Of a DNA stretch of 64,000 bases, positions 24,547 through 37,302 are shown piece by piece. Position 1 is the first letter of the stretch; each line of letters begins with the position of its first letter. The notes under the pieces were generated by a model, which saw only the letters and a list, made by a program, of their open reading frames with translations, did no database searches and had not been told where the DNA came from. The DNA lies in NCBI RefSeq assembly GCF_001447785.1, contig NW_015159715.1:248001-312000 (forward strand), read 5' to 3'. The DNA is from Gekko japonicus. Its lineage: Eukaryota. Position numbers and translations under genes: made by a program.

Positions 24547-24760
24547 TGCCCTGGCTTAGATAGCCCAGGCAAGCCCAATCTTGTCAGATCTTGGAAACTA
24601 AGCAGGGCTGACCCTGGCAAGTATTTGGATGGGAGGCCCCCAAAGAATACAAGGGCTGGGAGGCAGAGGCAGGCTATCAAGCCACTTCTCTGAATGTCCT
24701 CCACGACCCAGTAGGATTCGCCAGAGGTCATCATGACTTCCAGGCATGGGCACACGCACA
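24547..24760 (+). mobile_element. 5S rRNA-derived SINE (5S-Sauria/SINE3 type)
   Basis: gcccaatcttgtcagatcttggaaactaagcagggc..ctggcaagtatttggatgggag parallels the 5S rRNA internal control region, followed by a non-5S RTE-like tail. Confidence 0.85.
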
Positions 24761-25371
24761 AGAAATTTGCATTCATTTGCTGTAATCAGTTTCAAGTTTT
24801 GCAATGTTGCATACAGATTCACAACTCTGTGGTAGTTATGAATGACACACAAGTTCAGCAAGGTTGTTTTTGTTATGTGACTACATCCTTGTAGATGTTA
24901 GACAATGCTTGAAGGAGTCTGGTAAGCAAATAGATTCTCAGAGTAATTCGAATTGGTCAATTTTGATTGAAATTCTTCCCACTAACAATGACATTACATC
25001 TCCAACCATTAATACACATATAAAACTTATTATGTAACAACTTTATAGTCTTGAAAGCAGTTGTACAACAGACACTGGGAGACCCTTTCCTTTAAATAAA
25101 ACACTGTAAAGAAACTCCTTGACCTTCAGAAGCAGCCATATGAAAAATGAAGTGACTTTTTGTGGATTGGTAAATGTATTGGATTGGTAAAGGTAGAAAA
25201 TGAGTAGGTAGAAACAGGAAATATTCATCATGTGGCAGTGGCCTTCAGCCTTTCCACACCCAGCACCCATCTTTAATGCCCAGACAGAAGCATGGGATCC
25301 ACTGAATGTAAGCACATAACAGAAAGGCAAATGATATCAAGTCACACATCAGGAAAAAGAGGAATGAGAGT

Positions 25372-25512
25372 GATGGTCCCCAACCATATAGGGCTTTAAA
25401 GGTCAAGACCAGCACCTTTAATTGTGCCCATAAAGGAATTGGAAGCCAGTGTACATGGGCCAAGACTGGAGTGATATGGTCTCTACAATGCACCCCAGTC
25501 AACATCATGGCC
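25372..25512 (-). mobile_element. L2 LINE ORF2 fragment
   Basis: DHITPVLAHVHWLPIPLWAQLKVLVLTFKALYGWGP. Confidence 0.9.
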
Positions 25513-25569
25513 GTAGAGAGAGATGAACAGTGTGCGACCGTAGTTTCCGGAGGTTCTGCTGAAGAGGAG

Positions 25570-25652
25570 TTAGATTCAAGTCCATTAGCACTTTAGAGAT
25601 GAACACGTTCTTGGGGGTATAAGCTTTCAAGAGTCAAAGCTCCCTTCATCAG
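25570..25652 (-). mobile_element. Penelope-like pseudo-LTR fragment with minimal hammerhead core (25617-25652)
   Basis: Minus strand CTGATGA-agggagctttgactctt-GAAAGCTT-atac; 5' strand of stem I lost. Confidence 0.7.
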
Positions 25653-26021
25653 TGTGGGACCTGTATTACAGGATTTGTATTGCACACAAGGTTTTGAAAC
25701 ATAAGATGCAACATTCTAATTTAAAACCAGTCATGCAAATAACAAAGGAGCCTGGAGAGATCAAAACAGAGTAGGATGATTTAGGAAAATCATAATGTCT
25801 TTGCCTGATGTTTAACAGACAACAGAGTTGGAGCCCGGTGAATTTCTGTCTCCCTGATCCACACCCACCTTGCTGCTGAAAGTGAGGGCACATAGAGGAC
25901 GGACCTTCTTACCTGCTGGGAAGATTCATGTGGAATAGTGAATATTGGTCTGGACCTACCAGAACAGCTCTGTCATATCTATATTCTCTTCCATAAATTT
26001 CCAGGAGGTATATCATTTAGG

Positions 26022-27031
26022 TACCAGACCACCTCACATGTCTCTTGCGAAACCTGTATAAGGGTCAAGAAGCGACAGTTAGAGCCGGATGTGGAACAAC
26101 TGATTGGTTTCACATAGGAAAAGAGTACGACAAGGATGTATATTGTCAACTTGCTTATTTAATATACATTCAGAGTACATCATGCAAAATGCTGGCCTGG
26201 ATGAATCACAAGCCAGAATTAAGATTGCTGGGGAAAAGATCAACAACCTCAGATATGCAGACGATACCACTCTAACGGTAGAAACTGAAGAGGACCTCAA
26301 GAGCCTCTTGCTCAGGGTAAAAAAGGAGAGTGCAAAAGTGGGCTTGAAGCTCAACATCAAAAAAACCTAAGATCATGGCATCCGGCCCCATCACTCCTTG
26401 GCAAATAGAAGGGGAAGTCGTGGAAGTAGTGACAGACTTCACGTTCCTGGGATCCCAGATCACCGCAGACTGTGACTGCAGCCATGAAATTAAAAGACGC
26501 CTGCTCCTTGGGAGGAAAGCGATGGCGAACCTAAACAGCATGATAAAAAGTAGAGACATCACCCTGCCAACAAAAGTCCGAATGGTCAAAGCAATGGTAT
26601 TCCCAGTAGTCATGTATGGCTGCGAGAGTTGGACTATAAGGAAGGCCGAGCGCCGAAAAATAGATTCTTTTGAACTATGGTGCTGGAGAAGACTCTTGAG
26701 AGTCCCCTGGACTGCAAGATGATCAAATCAGTCAATCCTAAAAGAAATCAACCCTGACTGTTCCCTGGAAGGCCAGATAATGAAACTGAAGCTCAAATAC
26801 TTTGGCCACCAAATGAGAAGGGAGCACTCACTGGAGAAGACCCTGATGCTGGGAAAGATTGAAGGTCAAAGAAGACAGGGACGGCAAAGGATGAGATGGT
26901 TAGACAGTGTCATAGATGCAACGAACATGAAATTGAGCAAACTTCAGAGGACGGTGGAAGACCGGAAGACCTGGCGAGATCTGGTCCATGGGGTTGCAAA
27001 GAGTCGGACTCGACTATGTGACTGAACAACA
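26022..27031 (+). mobile_element. RTE-BovB LINE, 5'-truncated, RT domain with frameshifts/stops
   Basis: VRQGCILS..INNLRYADDTTL..VGLKLNIKKT..FELWCWRRLLRVPWTAR..; ctgaacaac tail; 12-bp TSD atatcatttagg (26010-26021, 27033-27044). Confidence 0.98.
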
Positions 27032-28667
27032 GATATCATTTAGGCCTTAAGGAATTATAGGAAAAAAGAGAGTTTTCAAGCAGAGTACATATAGAATGAT
27101 TTATTGATCGCCCTTTTATTGCATAGTGAAACTTTGTAAAATCAACAAATATATTGTAAATGGAACACCATGTTCTGGGTTGTTTCCTGAACTGTTTTCA
27201 GTATTTACTAATGAGAACTGGGTTAGAGCAATACATGAATCATGTCATTATATTTACATAACACACCCATGGCATAATTTATTGACCTTTGCTAGTTTTA
27301 ATCCTTCTAATAGTCTGGAGGTTGTCACCAAGACACAACCCAGAAGATCCACCCATCCAGGATTTTCCCTCTGAGATCCTGCCTATTGGGTGGATTTTCC
27401 CCACTGTTCAATAGTAGAGACAGATATATTTCCTCTAATAGAAATTGGGAGGAGGGAAAAGGCTACTGTTAGTTCTGGTACAGGAAAGGGGATGGCTACA
27501 CATGTTGCACCTGTCTGGTTTTCCCCATATTGGAACTTACTGCCTGTCCCCCCCCCCCCGTCCTCCTCAGTTTCTATCAGGGAAATGGTACAACTTAGAC
27601 AAGAATGGCATATTCCAAGGAAGAACAGGAAGTAGTTAACCATTTCAGAAAAGGGAAGACACTGTAGTCATTCTCCTTTTGTATTCTCGCCTGTTCTCCA
27701 TGAACCTCTGAGTCAACTATAATTTTAGGTTGCAGTGTTCTCTAGATGTTACCACCCTGAACTTCTATTGTGGTTGAATTAAGAAGGCTCCGTACGGAAT
27801 ATTCCTGGAGGGGAAATCAGATACTGGGCTACATGTATTCCATTGTAACAATAATTCAAAGCAAGTTTTTCTGAAGTTGAAATGCTTGTGTAGTAAAAAT
27901 GCAAAGCCAATGCTGAATTATTGAATAGTATGCTCTGCATCCAAGGGACTTGGTCAATTCTAAAGAGACGTGGCTTCTCCTTTGAGAAGCTCTAAAGTTT
28001 CTCAGACTCAGGCAGAGAATAAAAGTCCTGCACATTTCTTCCTTTTGGGCAGCTTTTCTCACAGAGCGTGTGATACTAAAGCATCTGATTCTTATCATTG
28101 ACATGCAGTCTCATGTTTCTTGAAGCTTAAAAAATGGTTGCAGTGTTTCCTAGAACTGCTGTAGAGACAACACTTGCTAATGAGAATTAACACTGGAATA
28201 TACATGAGAATATTTAGACTAGATTTTGAACTTTCAGAACTGAAAACTGCAACAGGCCATTTCTTTGTACAGTTGATGTTCGTGGTTTTAATCCAGCCAG
28301 TATTTTCCACTCCCAGAATGGTACTTCCAAGGGGAAGATGGTGATTTTCGTGCATTTCCAGTGCAGACCTTTACTGTGTTGTCTCATCACTGCAGGTGCA
28401 GAATTTTGTGAAAATCAAGGAGGGGGGTAGGGGGGTAGCAGGGAAGACCCATTCTGAAAGTTTGTTGCACTCATGGTTCATTGGATATATTATCTTTGCT
28501 ACTAGACCTATTTTAATTAATGCTACTGGTTAAAAAATCATGTATCAAATGTGTTTATTTCCCTATATATTCTATTCTATTGATCACCATGTTGGAAGAT
28601 GAAAGAAAACTATTTTGCTCCGGGGCAAACAGCCACGCTTCCCCCCCCCCCCGCATTTTCCTTCCCA

Positions 28668-29734
28668 TGTGACCAGGGCCTCTGTTCATCTGACCCCTTG
28701 TGACTGCACTTTTTAAAAGCTTTGAAGTGCTGTACAAACAGCTGAAGGACTATGAAGGGTTAATTCTTCACAGAGCTAGAGAGCTTTGAGTGACAGGCTG
28801 TTGCAAGAAGGTTAGCATCAGCTGAGCAGAGAAAGACTTGTGAGCTGCATGCTGACAAGAAAGATTCCTGCCTTGAGTCAGTTCAGTACTGACAGTTTGA
28901 TTTTAGCCTTAGCTGAGAGCAGTTTAACACAGAAAGGAGAACTGGGGGGAAGAAGTTGGTAATGAAGTTTGGGGAATAGGCAAAGAATCCCATTTGAGTT
29001 TGAGCCAAGGAGAGAGAGGGGGGGGGAGAGAGAGAGAGGGCATTTCCCTACCGGAGGGGAGAGCAGGTATAAATTGAACAAATAAATACATACCTAGTCT
29101 AAACAGGGCGATAGCTTTGAAGATTGCAGAGATCCCTAGTTGGGTGGGCTTACAAACTGCTTTTAGAGACCTTAAGTCAATTAAAAACTCAAGACAAGCA
29201 TTGGTGTTTCAGGAGAAGGGGTGTGGGTATTGGGAAAAGCATACCAGCCTTCTGGAAACCAAAAGAGTCAGAGAATAGTAAAAAAAAAAGTGTACTGGAG
29301 GGTTTGGGGAAAACACTAGAACAAAAACCTCTCAATATAAAGATTTAAGTGACTATGAAAAAATTAAGTAACTCTCATTAGCCTGAAACATAAGAACGAA
29401 AGTCTGTGCATGTACTGGCTTTGCCTCAGAAATTTCAACCCTCGATTTCACCTGACCTTTCCCCTCTGTGTTAAATACAATATTTTGTTATTTTTGAATT
29501 TCAAAATGCCTCAGGTGCCATTTCAGATGTGTAAGTTAAAGTGGCCTCCTGATCCTTCCCTCAGGTTCCTGGGCTGAGCCAACAGCCAAAATATCGTACT
29601 GTGACAGGGTGGGACAGCCAGAGTTTTCAGCAAGAAAGAAAACACATTACTGGGGTGGCTCAGTCAGTAAAAGGGAAAGAAAAATGAAGAGAAAATCTTG
29701 CCTCTGAGGGAGGGAAGTGGATAGGGTTGTCATA
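28668..29734 (+). mobile_element. Probable solo LTR (Gypsy/ERV-like)
   Basis: TGTGAC start, gtcata end; purine-rich U3-like body; tcaggtgcc motif after a degenerate polyA signal as in the 12720-14030 LTR; TSD not clean. Confidence 0.55.
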
Positions 29735-30897
29735 CCTCCCTTTCCCCAACACTGCAAAAATTATTCTTAGTTTGGTCTATCACCATATTTCATGATGAAC
29801 ATATATTGTAAATTTTGTTTAGATTGAGCAATGTTATGTATGCTTCATTCTATTCCAATTGTTCTTTGCTAGTTTTTGTGCTACACTAGAGAAACGAAAA
29901 GAGTACCTTGTATTTTTCAAAGCACAGAAACTGTTCCATTTAGGAACAATCTTGAACCACAACTGCTGTGATTCTGATTTACAGGAAAGCTTCCTATATG
30001 AGAAGAAAAACTAAAACCCTCAGAGCAACCACATAACCGGCATGTCTGCGTTGTGGTATTAGCTGTACAGTCTCAAAAGCTCTCTGTCAGCATTGTACAC
30101 AACAGTTTGTTTCCTCCTATGGCAGGACATTTATGAAATCAGCCGTCACATGATATTCATCATGAAGCCATGAACTTCTCAAAATGCTATTCTCTATTGT
30201 TTAGCCAGGCACCGTATCTAAAGGAGATATCCAGTGATGGTTTACCTCAAGCATACTTGGGGCTTTTCTCCATGATTTTTCCCCTTGTTGGTTCTAGCCT
30301 CATACTTCTTCAATTTAGTCCAATATACACATGCATTTTTGTGCATTTAGTTTTTGCTTCATTGCCACCCATCTCCAAGATTTTTTTCCAATTCCTTTGA
30401 GACCACTTTAACCCTGATAATTTTCTGGAAGCCAATTCCGAGTTGCCCTTTTCCTTATGTGTAATGTTTTGTCATTTTTCTTTGTTCCACCTGCTCCTAC
30501 TTACCTCCAGCCCATTTTTCAATGACTGAATTGTCATCATCAAACCTCTTCCCCCCACCCAAACCCTGAAGGCATGTTGTTTCATTTTTTAGTTTTTGTT
30601 TCAAAAGGCACTAAAATATCAATATATTGATATACTGTTGTAATGATAGGCCGAGCATGTTCTCTGAATTTCATTATGAAAAAGGTTTTAGTCCCCTCCT
30701 TTAAAGAGATGAGCCTTTTTCCTTATATTTCCATGAAAGAGGAGGATAGAGACTTATTTTTAATAAAAAGAAAGTCTCTAGCCTTCCATATCAATGTGGT
30801 TTTGTGTTGTCTAGTCCAAGGCTGCAGTGAAATGTGGAATGGAAGGTCCTTAAGCACGACAGCTTTTGTCAATTCATTCCACAAATGCCCCGATACC

Positions 30898-31278
30898 CAG
30901 GGGTCATTTCGTAGAAAAAGAGGTGCAGGAGCTCATTAGCATAACTTATTAGCATAACTTTTTTGCATATGCCATGCCCCCTGACATCACCGGAAGTGTG
31001 TCAGAAGGCAACATCCAGCACTCAGGCTCCACTGGACTGTAATTGAATTGCTAGCTATTGGGGGGGGACGTGTAGATCTGTCCTCACAGAGGAGGGAGAG
31101 CTTGTACCTGAAGGCGGGCCAGGGAGGGCTCTGCAACTTACCTGGCTGTTTCTTGCTCCTTGTGGCCCAACTGAGGGCTGCTGGGAGCAGGGGGTGGGGC
31201 TTGTTGCATGTGCCCAGCCCCCGGGCTCCTTACTGCTGGAGCTCCACTCCTGTGCGCTCCCACAGGAAATGACCCCTG
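30898..31278 (+). mobile_element. Non-autonomous hAT (Tip100-like) element
   Basis: 13-bp perfect TIR CAGGGGTCATTTC / GAAATGACCCCTG; perfect 8-bp TSD ccgatacc. Confidence 0.95.
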
Positions 31279-32846
31279 CCGATACCTATATCACTTTTAA
31301 CTCACATGTCACAAATTATCTGCCCATGCAACTTGGCTATCCATGAGCTATAGCTTCACAAGGTTTCTGTGTTATGTTGAACCCATTTCCCTAATCCATG
31401 TACACAGGTATTCTTGGCTCAAGGCTCTGCCAACCAAGACTGAAGCCTGCTAAAGTAGTTCTATCTCCATATGAACTAGCAGTACAATTTTCTATGTCCT
31501 CATTTATGGTTCCAGATTCTGCAGAGGTTTCCCTTTATTAAAAAAAAATTACAAAACACCATGTTTGGTAACAGCAGACAAAAACAGTATGGTGATGAAT
31601 GAGAGGTGATATGAGAACCATCTTCAAATACTTGAAGGGCTTGCATATAGAGGACTAGCCTGATACCTGTGCTTCTCTACAGTATTTAAGTTCTGTAAAT
31701 CCAGTTATAATACTGATAACGTTAAGTTTGAAATGTAACATTTGGGGTAGAAATTCTAATGGAGAAGATTGTAGTGTAAAAAATGAAGTGAGACATGCTT
31801 ATTTGTTTTTTTCTCTACTGATATCAGTGCATTTACCCTTGTGTCAGTCATTGGATGCTCTCAGACTTTGATGCAGAAACAGGAGAGGTTTTCGAGGGGG
31901 GATCTGTTGCTTGAAAACAACTGCCCCGGGAACTCCTGATCCAGAATGACTACTTGGCCATGGTGATTGACAACACCAGGGGCGATTGTGTGCTTATGCA
32001 CACATAGCTACCTGATCAAAAACAAACAAACAAACCAAAGAAGGCAGAAATGCAAGGGAAGGTTCAGACTTCTCAAACAGCTTGACTTTGCAACAGGGGG
32101 GTTCAGACACTGGGAAATGTGGGGTGGAAGCACTGGCATCCCTTAATAACAGACTTTCCCCAGTCACTGATTACTCCACTTCTGAAGCAGGGCAACATGG
32201 GGTGCTGATGACTGGGGCACAGAAGGCAGATGTTGTCATCTGACCACGCTCTTTAAATCTGCAAAGGTAACACTACTATATTGCAGCAAATTACTCATGT
32301 GACCTCAGCCTGTATGTGCACCCCAGTCTTGTATAGGGAACTTAAAACACGTTTTTTAAACCTTAAGGGGAAAATCTTACAAAACGACTATGCAATGCTC
32401 TGGGTTAGGCTTTAATCTGAATAGGTTACACACCCAGCACAGAGACTGATATCCTTGGACTTGCTTCCAACACCCCCAGTGTGTCTTGGATCTCTGAGAA
32501 TGAATGATCATGGAGAATATTTCATGAGAATGCAGTCTTGAGAGTTTACACTCTCTTAAACAAGATTGAACTACATATTTCCTTCCTTTTCTAACACTAT
32601 TTAAAACAAAATATTCATTGAACATTAAGATTTTGAGGCATCCTATTCATGTATAAATCATAACGTTCTACTTTAAGACTGGAGTCTAAACTTAGCACAC
32701 TTGCCAGGGAGAAAGTCATCTTTAACTTAGTGGCATTTATTTCTGAGTAACACACTAGGACTGTGCTGCTCCTTTAAAGAGCTGGGCCATGGTTGCCAAG
32801 AGCCACTCAAGGCTACCATGCAATGATTCTCTCTAACAGATCTAAC

Positions 32847-33523
32847 CAGGCCTCGGTTGGGGCCGAAGCTCACCGGAACGACGCTCCAGGGGAGAGTAGG
32901 TGAGGGGGTGGGAACATGTAGCAAGCCCCGCCCCCTGCTCCCAGCAGCCCTCCCCTCAGTCGGGCCGAGAGGAGAGAGAAGGAAGGAAGATAAGTTCTGC
33001 ATTTCTTCCCCAGCCCTCCCCAACTCCCTCTCTACAGGCCAGCGCTACAGTGCAGGGCACTTCAAGGCCCTCCCCAGCCCCCTATCTGCAGGCCAGTGCT
33101 ACCACGTGGGGCCCTTCCCAGCCTTCCCCACCCCCTCCCTGCAGGCCCTGAGAGAGAATCTCTCCCTGAGAGAGAATCTGCATCTTCTCCCTCCATCTCA
33201 TGTCTACCAATCCAAAGCAGTTCAGTGGCATCTTTAAGACCAGGTTTTTATTCAGCTGCAAGCTGTCCCTCCTCCATGAGGACAGATCTGCACGTTCCCC
33301 CCTCCCAATAGCTAGCAATCCAAAACAGTCCAGTGGAGCCTGAGCGGTGGGTGTTGCCTTCTGACACACGTTCGGTGATGTCAAGGGGTGTGGCCTTCTG
33401 ACACTTCTGGTGATGTCAGGGGGTGTGGCCTTCTGATACATTTCCGATTATATCAGGGGGTGTGGCATATGCTAATGAGATGCTAATGAGTCCTGCACCT
33501 CTTTTTCTATGAAAAGACCCCTA
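32847..33523 (-). mobile_element. hAT element related to 30898-31278, opposite orientation
   Basis: Shares ctcattagcata / cctgacatcaccggaag / ctccactggactg blocks; TSD gatctaac/gatgtaac. Confidence 0.88.
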
Positions 33524-36500
33524 GATGTAACCAAAACATAGTTTTATAACAAATCACATGAGTTTTCTGACTTCAAGGGTGAACTGGATCCTTGGAATTT
33601 TGTCCCTTTGTTCCTCTTCCTATCCACACATACAGCTATCTTGAATATGGATAATTATGTGGATTTGCTAAGTTTGCTCTTTTCTATTCACTATGAAGAT
33701 TATTTTCCATGTTAGGAAGGGCTTCAGAATGCAATTGTCAGCCAGCCTGCTAGGATGTTGTGTGTGTATTGTCTGGGGCAGTTTGTCACAAAAGCAAGGG
33801 ACAAGGTCTCTCTGTTCTCACCTCCCTTCAGGAGGTAAGGAAGCCAGCTTCCAGGTGGGGTGTAGGGATTCCCCAGAATTACAGCTAATCTCCAGAGTAA
33901 AGAGATCAGTTCATCTGGAGAAAATGGATGCTTTGGAAGGTGGACTCTATGGCATTGTACCCCACTGAGGTTCCCGTCCTCCCCAGGCTCCATCCCCAAA
34001 ATCTACAGGAGTTTTCCAACCTGGATTTGTCAACCTATAATGATTCCCTACTTCCCTTTTTCTTTTTCTTGGCTGAACAGCCCCTTTTTCTTTGTTTCAC
34101 TGTCTGTGACACCCAGTTGTTTAAATGTATATAGATATATGGCGACCCAGCCTAGGGAAATGAGGAACTGACAAAAATCCTTCATTTGTGTATGGCACAA
34201 GAGAGGCTGCCAGTAATTCAAAACAAACAAACTGGTTTATTTCACAGGTAGGTCTCAGGTTTAAACTTGGCAAGTGAACAGGCAACAGGAATGAGGTAAC
34301 TTTGTATAATAAAATAAATAGTTTGTTTCAATAAAGTAGCTGTTTGGTTCTACAGAGAGGTCTTTAAAATTGTAGAGAGAGATCTCTTGGCAGCCTGCTT
34401 AAATAAACAGTCATAAGTTTTAGTCTCAAAAACTACTTAAGTCTTTGAAGGCAGGAACACACAAGTTCCAATTTTCCTTCTTAAACACTTGGTAGGGATA
34501 ACCCCCTTTTACTAGGAGCTATTTCCCTTAGGAAAGGAATACTGGTCCCACTTCCCTAATTCAGGATCCTCTTCTATCCTTCCCTCTGCTTAACTCAACT
34601 CTGACTGAACAAACAGAGCAGCTCAATGAATTTTTTCTTCTGTGTTCACTGTAGAAAGAGTGGGACATGTACCCAGGCCACAGCCACTGTTTTCAGGAAG
34701 GGAGTCTGAAGACCTGAGACAAATTGAGGTGACTAGAGACAAAATTCCAGACCTAATAGAGAAATTAAAAACTGATAAATCTCTAGGTCCCGATGGCATA
34801 CACGCGAGAGTTCTTAGGGAACTCAAATGGGAGATAGGTGATCTACTAACCCATATGTGTAACTGATAACTAAATTCAGCCACTGTACCAGAAGACTGGA
34901 GAGTAGCAAATGTTACACCATTNNNNNNNNNNNNNNNNNNNNNNNNNNNNNNNNNNNNNNNNNNNNNNNNNNNNNNNNNNNNNNNNNNNNNNNNNNNNNN
35001 NNNNNNNNNNNNNNNNNNNNNNNNNNNNNNNNNNNNNNNNNNNNNNNNNNNNNNNNNNNNNNNNNNNNNNNNNNNNNNNNNNNNNNNNNNNNNNNNNNNN
35101 NNNNNNNNNNNNNNNNNNNNNNNNNNNNNNNNNNNNNNNNNNNNNNNNNNNNNNNNNNNNNNNNNNNNNNNNNNNNNNNNNNNNNNNNNNNNNNNNNNNN
35201 NNNNNNNNNNNNNNNNNNNNNNNNNNNNNNNNNNNNNNNNNNNNNNNNNNNNNNNNNNNNNNNNNNNNNNNNNNNNNNNNNNNNNNNNNNNNNNNNNNNN
35301 NNNNNNNNNNNNNNNNNNNNNNNNNNNNNNNNNNNNNNNNNNNNNNNNNNNNNNNNNNNNNNNNNNNNNNNNNNNNNNNNNNNNNNNNNNNNNNNNNNNN
35401 NNNNNNNNNNNNNNNNNNNNNNNNNNNNNNNNNNNNNNNNNNNNNNNNNNNNNNNNNNNNNNNNNNNNNNNNNNNNNNNNNNNNNNNNNNNNNNNNNNNN
35501 NNNNNNNNNNNNNNNNNNNNNNNNNNNNNAGAGAGAATCTCTCCCTGAGAGAGAATCTGCATCTTCTCCCCCCACCTCATGTCTACCAATCCAAAGCAGT
35601 TCAGTGGCATCTTTAAGACCAGGTTTTTATTCAGCTGCAAGCTGTCCCTCCTCCATGAGGACAGATCTGCACGTTCCCCCCTCCCACTAGCTAGCAATCC
35701 AAAACAGTCCAGTGGAGCCTGAGCGGTGGGTGTTGCCTTCTGACACACGTTCGGTGATGTCAAGGGGTGTGGCCTTCTGACACTTCTGGTGATGTCAGGG
35801 GGTGTGGCATTCTGATACACTTCCGATGATATCAGGGGGTGTGGCATATGCTAATGAGATGCTAATGAGTCCTGCACCTCTTTTTCTATGAAAAGACCCC
35901 TAGATGTAACCAAAACATAGTTTTATAACAAATCACATGAGTTTTCTGACTTCAAGGGTGAACTGGATCCTTGGAATTTTGTCCCTTTGTTCCTCTTCCT
36001 ATCCACACATACAGCTATCTTGAATATGGATAATTATGTGGATTTGCTAAGTTTGCTCTTTTCTATTCACTATGAAGATTATTTTCCATGTTAGGAAGGG
36101 CTTCAGAATGCAATTGTCAGCCAGCCTGCCAGGGTGTTGTGTGTGTGTGTTGTCTGGGGCAGTTTGTCACAAAAGCAAGGGACAAGGTCTCTCTGTTCTC
36201 ACCTCCCTTCAGGAGGTAGGGAAGCCAGCTTCCAGGTGGGATGTAGGGATTCCCCAGAATTACAGCTAATCGCCAGAGTAAAGAGATCAGTTCATCTGGA
36301 GAAAATGGATGCTTTGGAAGGTGGACTCTATGGCATTGTACCCCACTGAGGTTCCCGTCCTCCCCAGGCTCCATCCCCAAAATCTACAGGAGTTTTCCAA
36401 CCTGGATTTGTCAACCTATAATGATTCCCCACTTCCCTTTTTCTTTTTCTTGGCTGAACAGCCCCTTTTTCTTTGTTTCACTGTCTGTGACACCCAGTTG

Positions 36501-37302
36501 TTTAAATGTATATAGATATATGGCGACCCAGCCTAGGGAAATGAGGAACTGACAAAAATCCTTCATTTGTGTATGGCACAAGAGAGGCTGCCAGTAATTC
36601 AAAACAAACAAACTGGTTTATTTCACAGGTAGGTCTCAGGTTTAAACTTGGCAAGTGAACAGGCAACAGGAATGAGGTAACTTTGTATAATAAAATAAAT
36701 AGTTTGTTTCAATAAAGTAGCTGTTTGGTTCTACAGAGAGGTCTTTAAAATTGTAGAGAGAGATCTCTTGGCAGCCTGCTTAAATAAACAGTCATAAGTT
36801 TTAGTCTCAAAAACTACTTAAGTCTTTGAAGGCAGGAACACACAAGTTCCAATTTTCCTTCTTAAACACTTGGTAGGGATAACCCCCTTTTACTAGGAGC
36901 TATTTCCCTTAGGAAAGGAATACTGGTCCCACTTCCCTAATTCAGGATCCTCTTCTATCCTTCCCTCTGCTTAACTCAACTCTGACTGAACAAACAGAGC
37001 AGCTCAATGAATTTTTTCTTCTGTGTTCACTGTAGAAAGAGTGGGACATGTACCCAGGCCACAGCCACTGTTTTCAGGAAGGGAGTCTGAAGACCTGAGA
37101 CAAATTGAGGTGACTAGAGACAAAATTCCAGACCTAATGGAGAAATTAAAAACTGATAAATCTCTAGGTCCCGATGGCATACACGCGAGAGTTCTTAGGG
37201 AACTCAAATGGGAGATAGGTGATCTACTAACCCATATGTGTAACTGATAACTAAATTCAGCCACTGTACCAGAAGACTGGAGAGTAGCAAATGTTATACC
37301 AG
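33151..37302 (+). repeat. Near-identical ~1.77-kb direct duplication (33151-34921 / 35530-37302) flanking an N-gap; probable assembly artefact
   Basis: Copies differ only by scattered SNPs and a 2-bp (GT) indel and abut the gap on both sides. Confidence 0.9.
34923..35529. other. Assembly gap (N run)
   Basis: Run of n. Confidence 1.

Noticed and set aside
24547-24660. Functional 5S rRNA gene
   Set aside because: Diverged 5' end, many substitutions, no terminator, fused to a SINE tail
25908-26021. Minus-strand exon disrupted by BovB (CAG|gtaaga donor)
   Set aside because: The reconstructed exon has stops in all frames and no recognisable peptide
34876-35847. Long ORFs of 212-323 aa
   Set aside because: Open only because they cross the N gap
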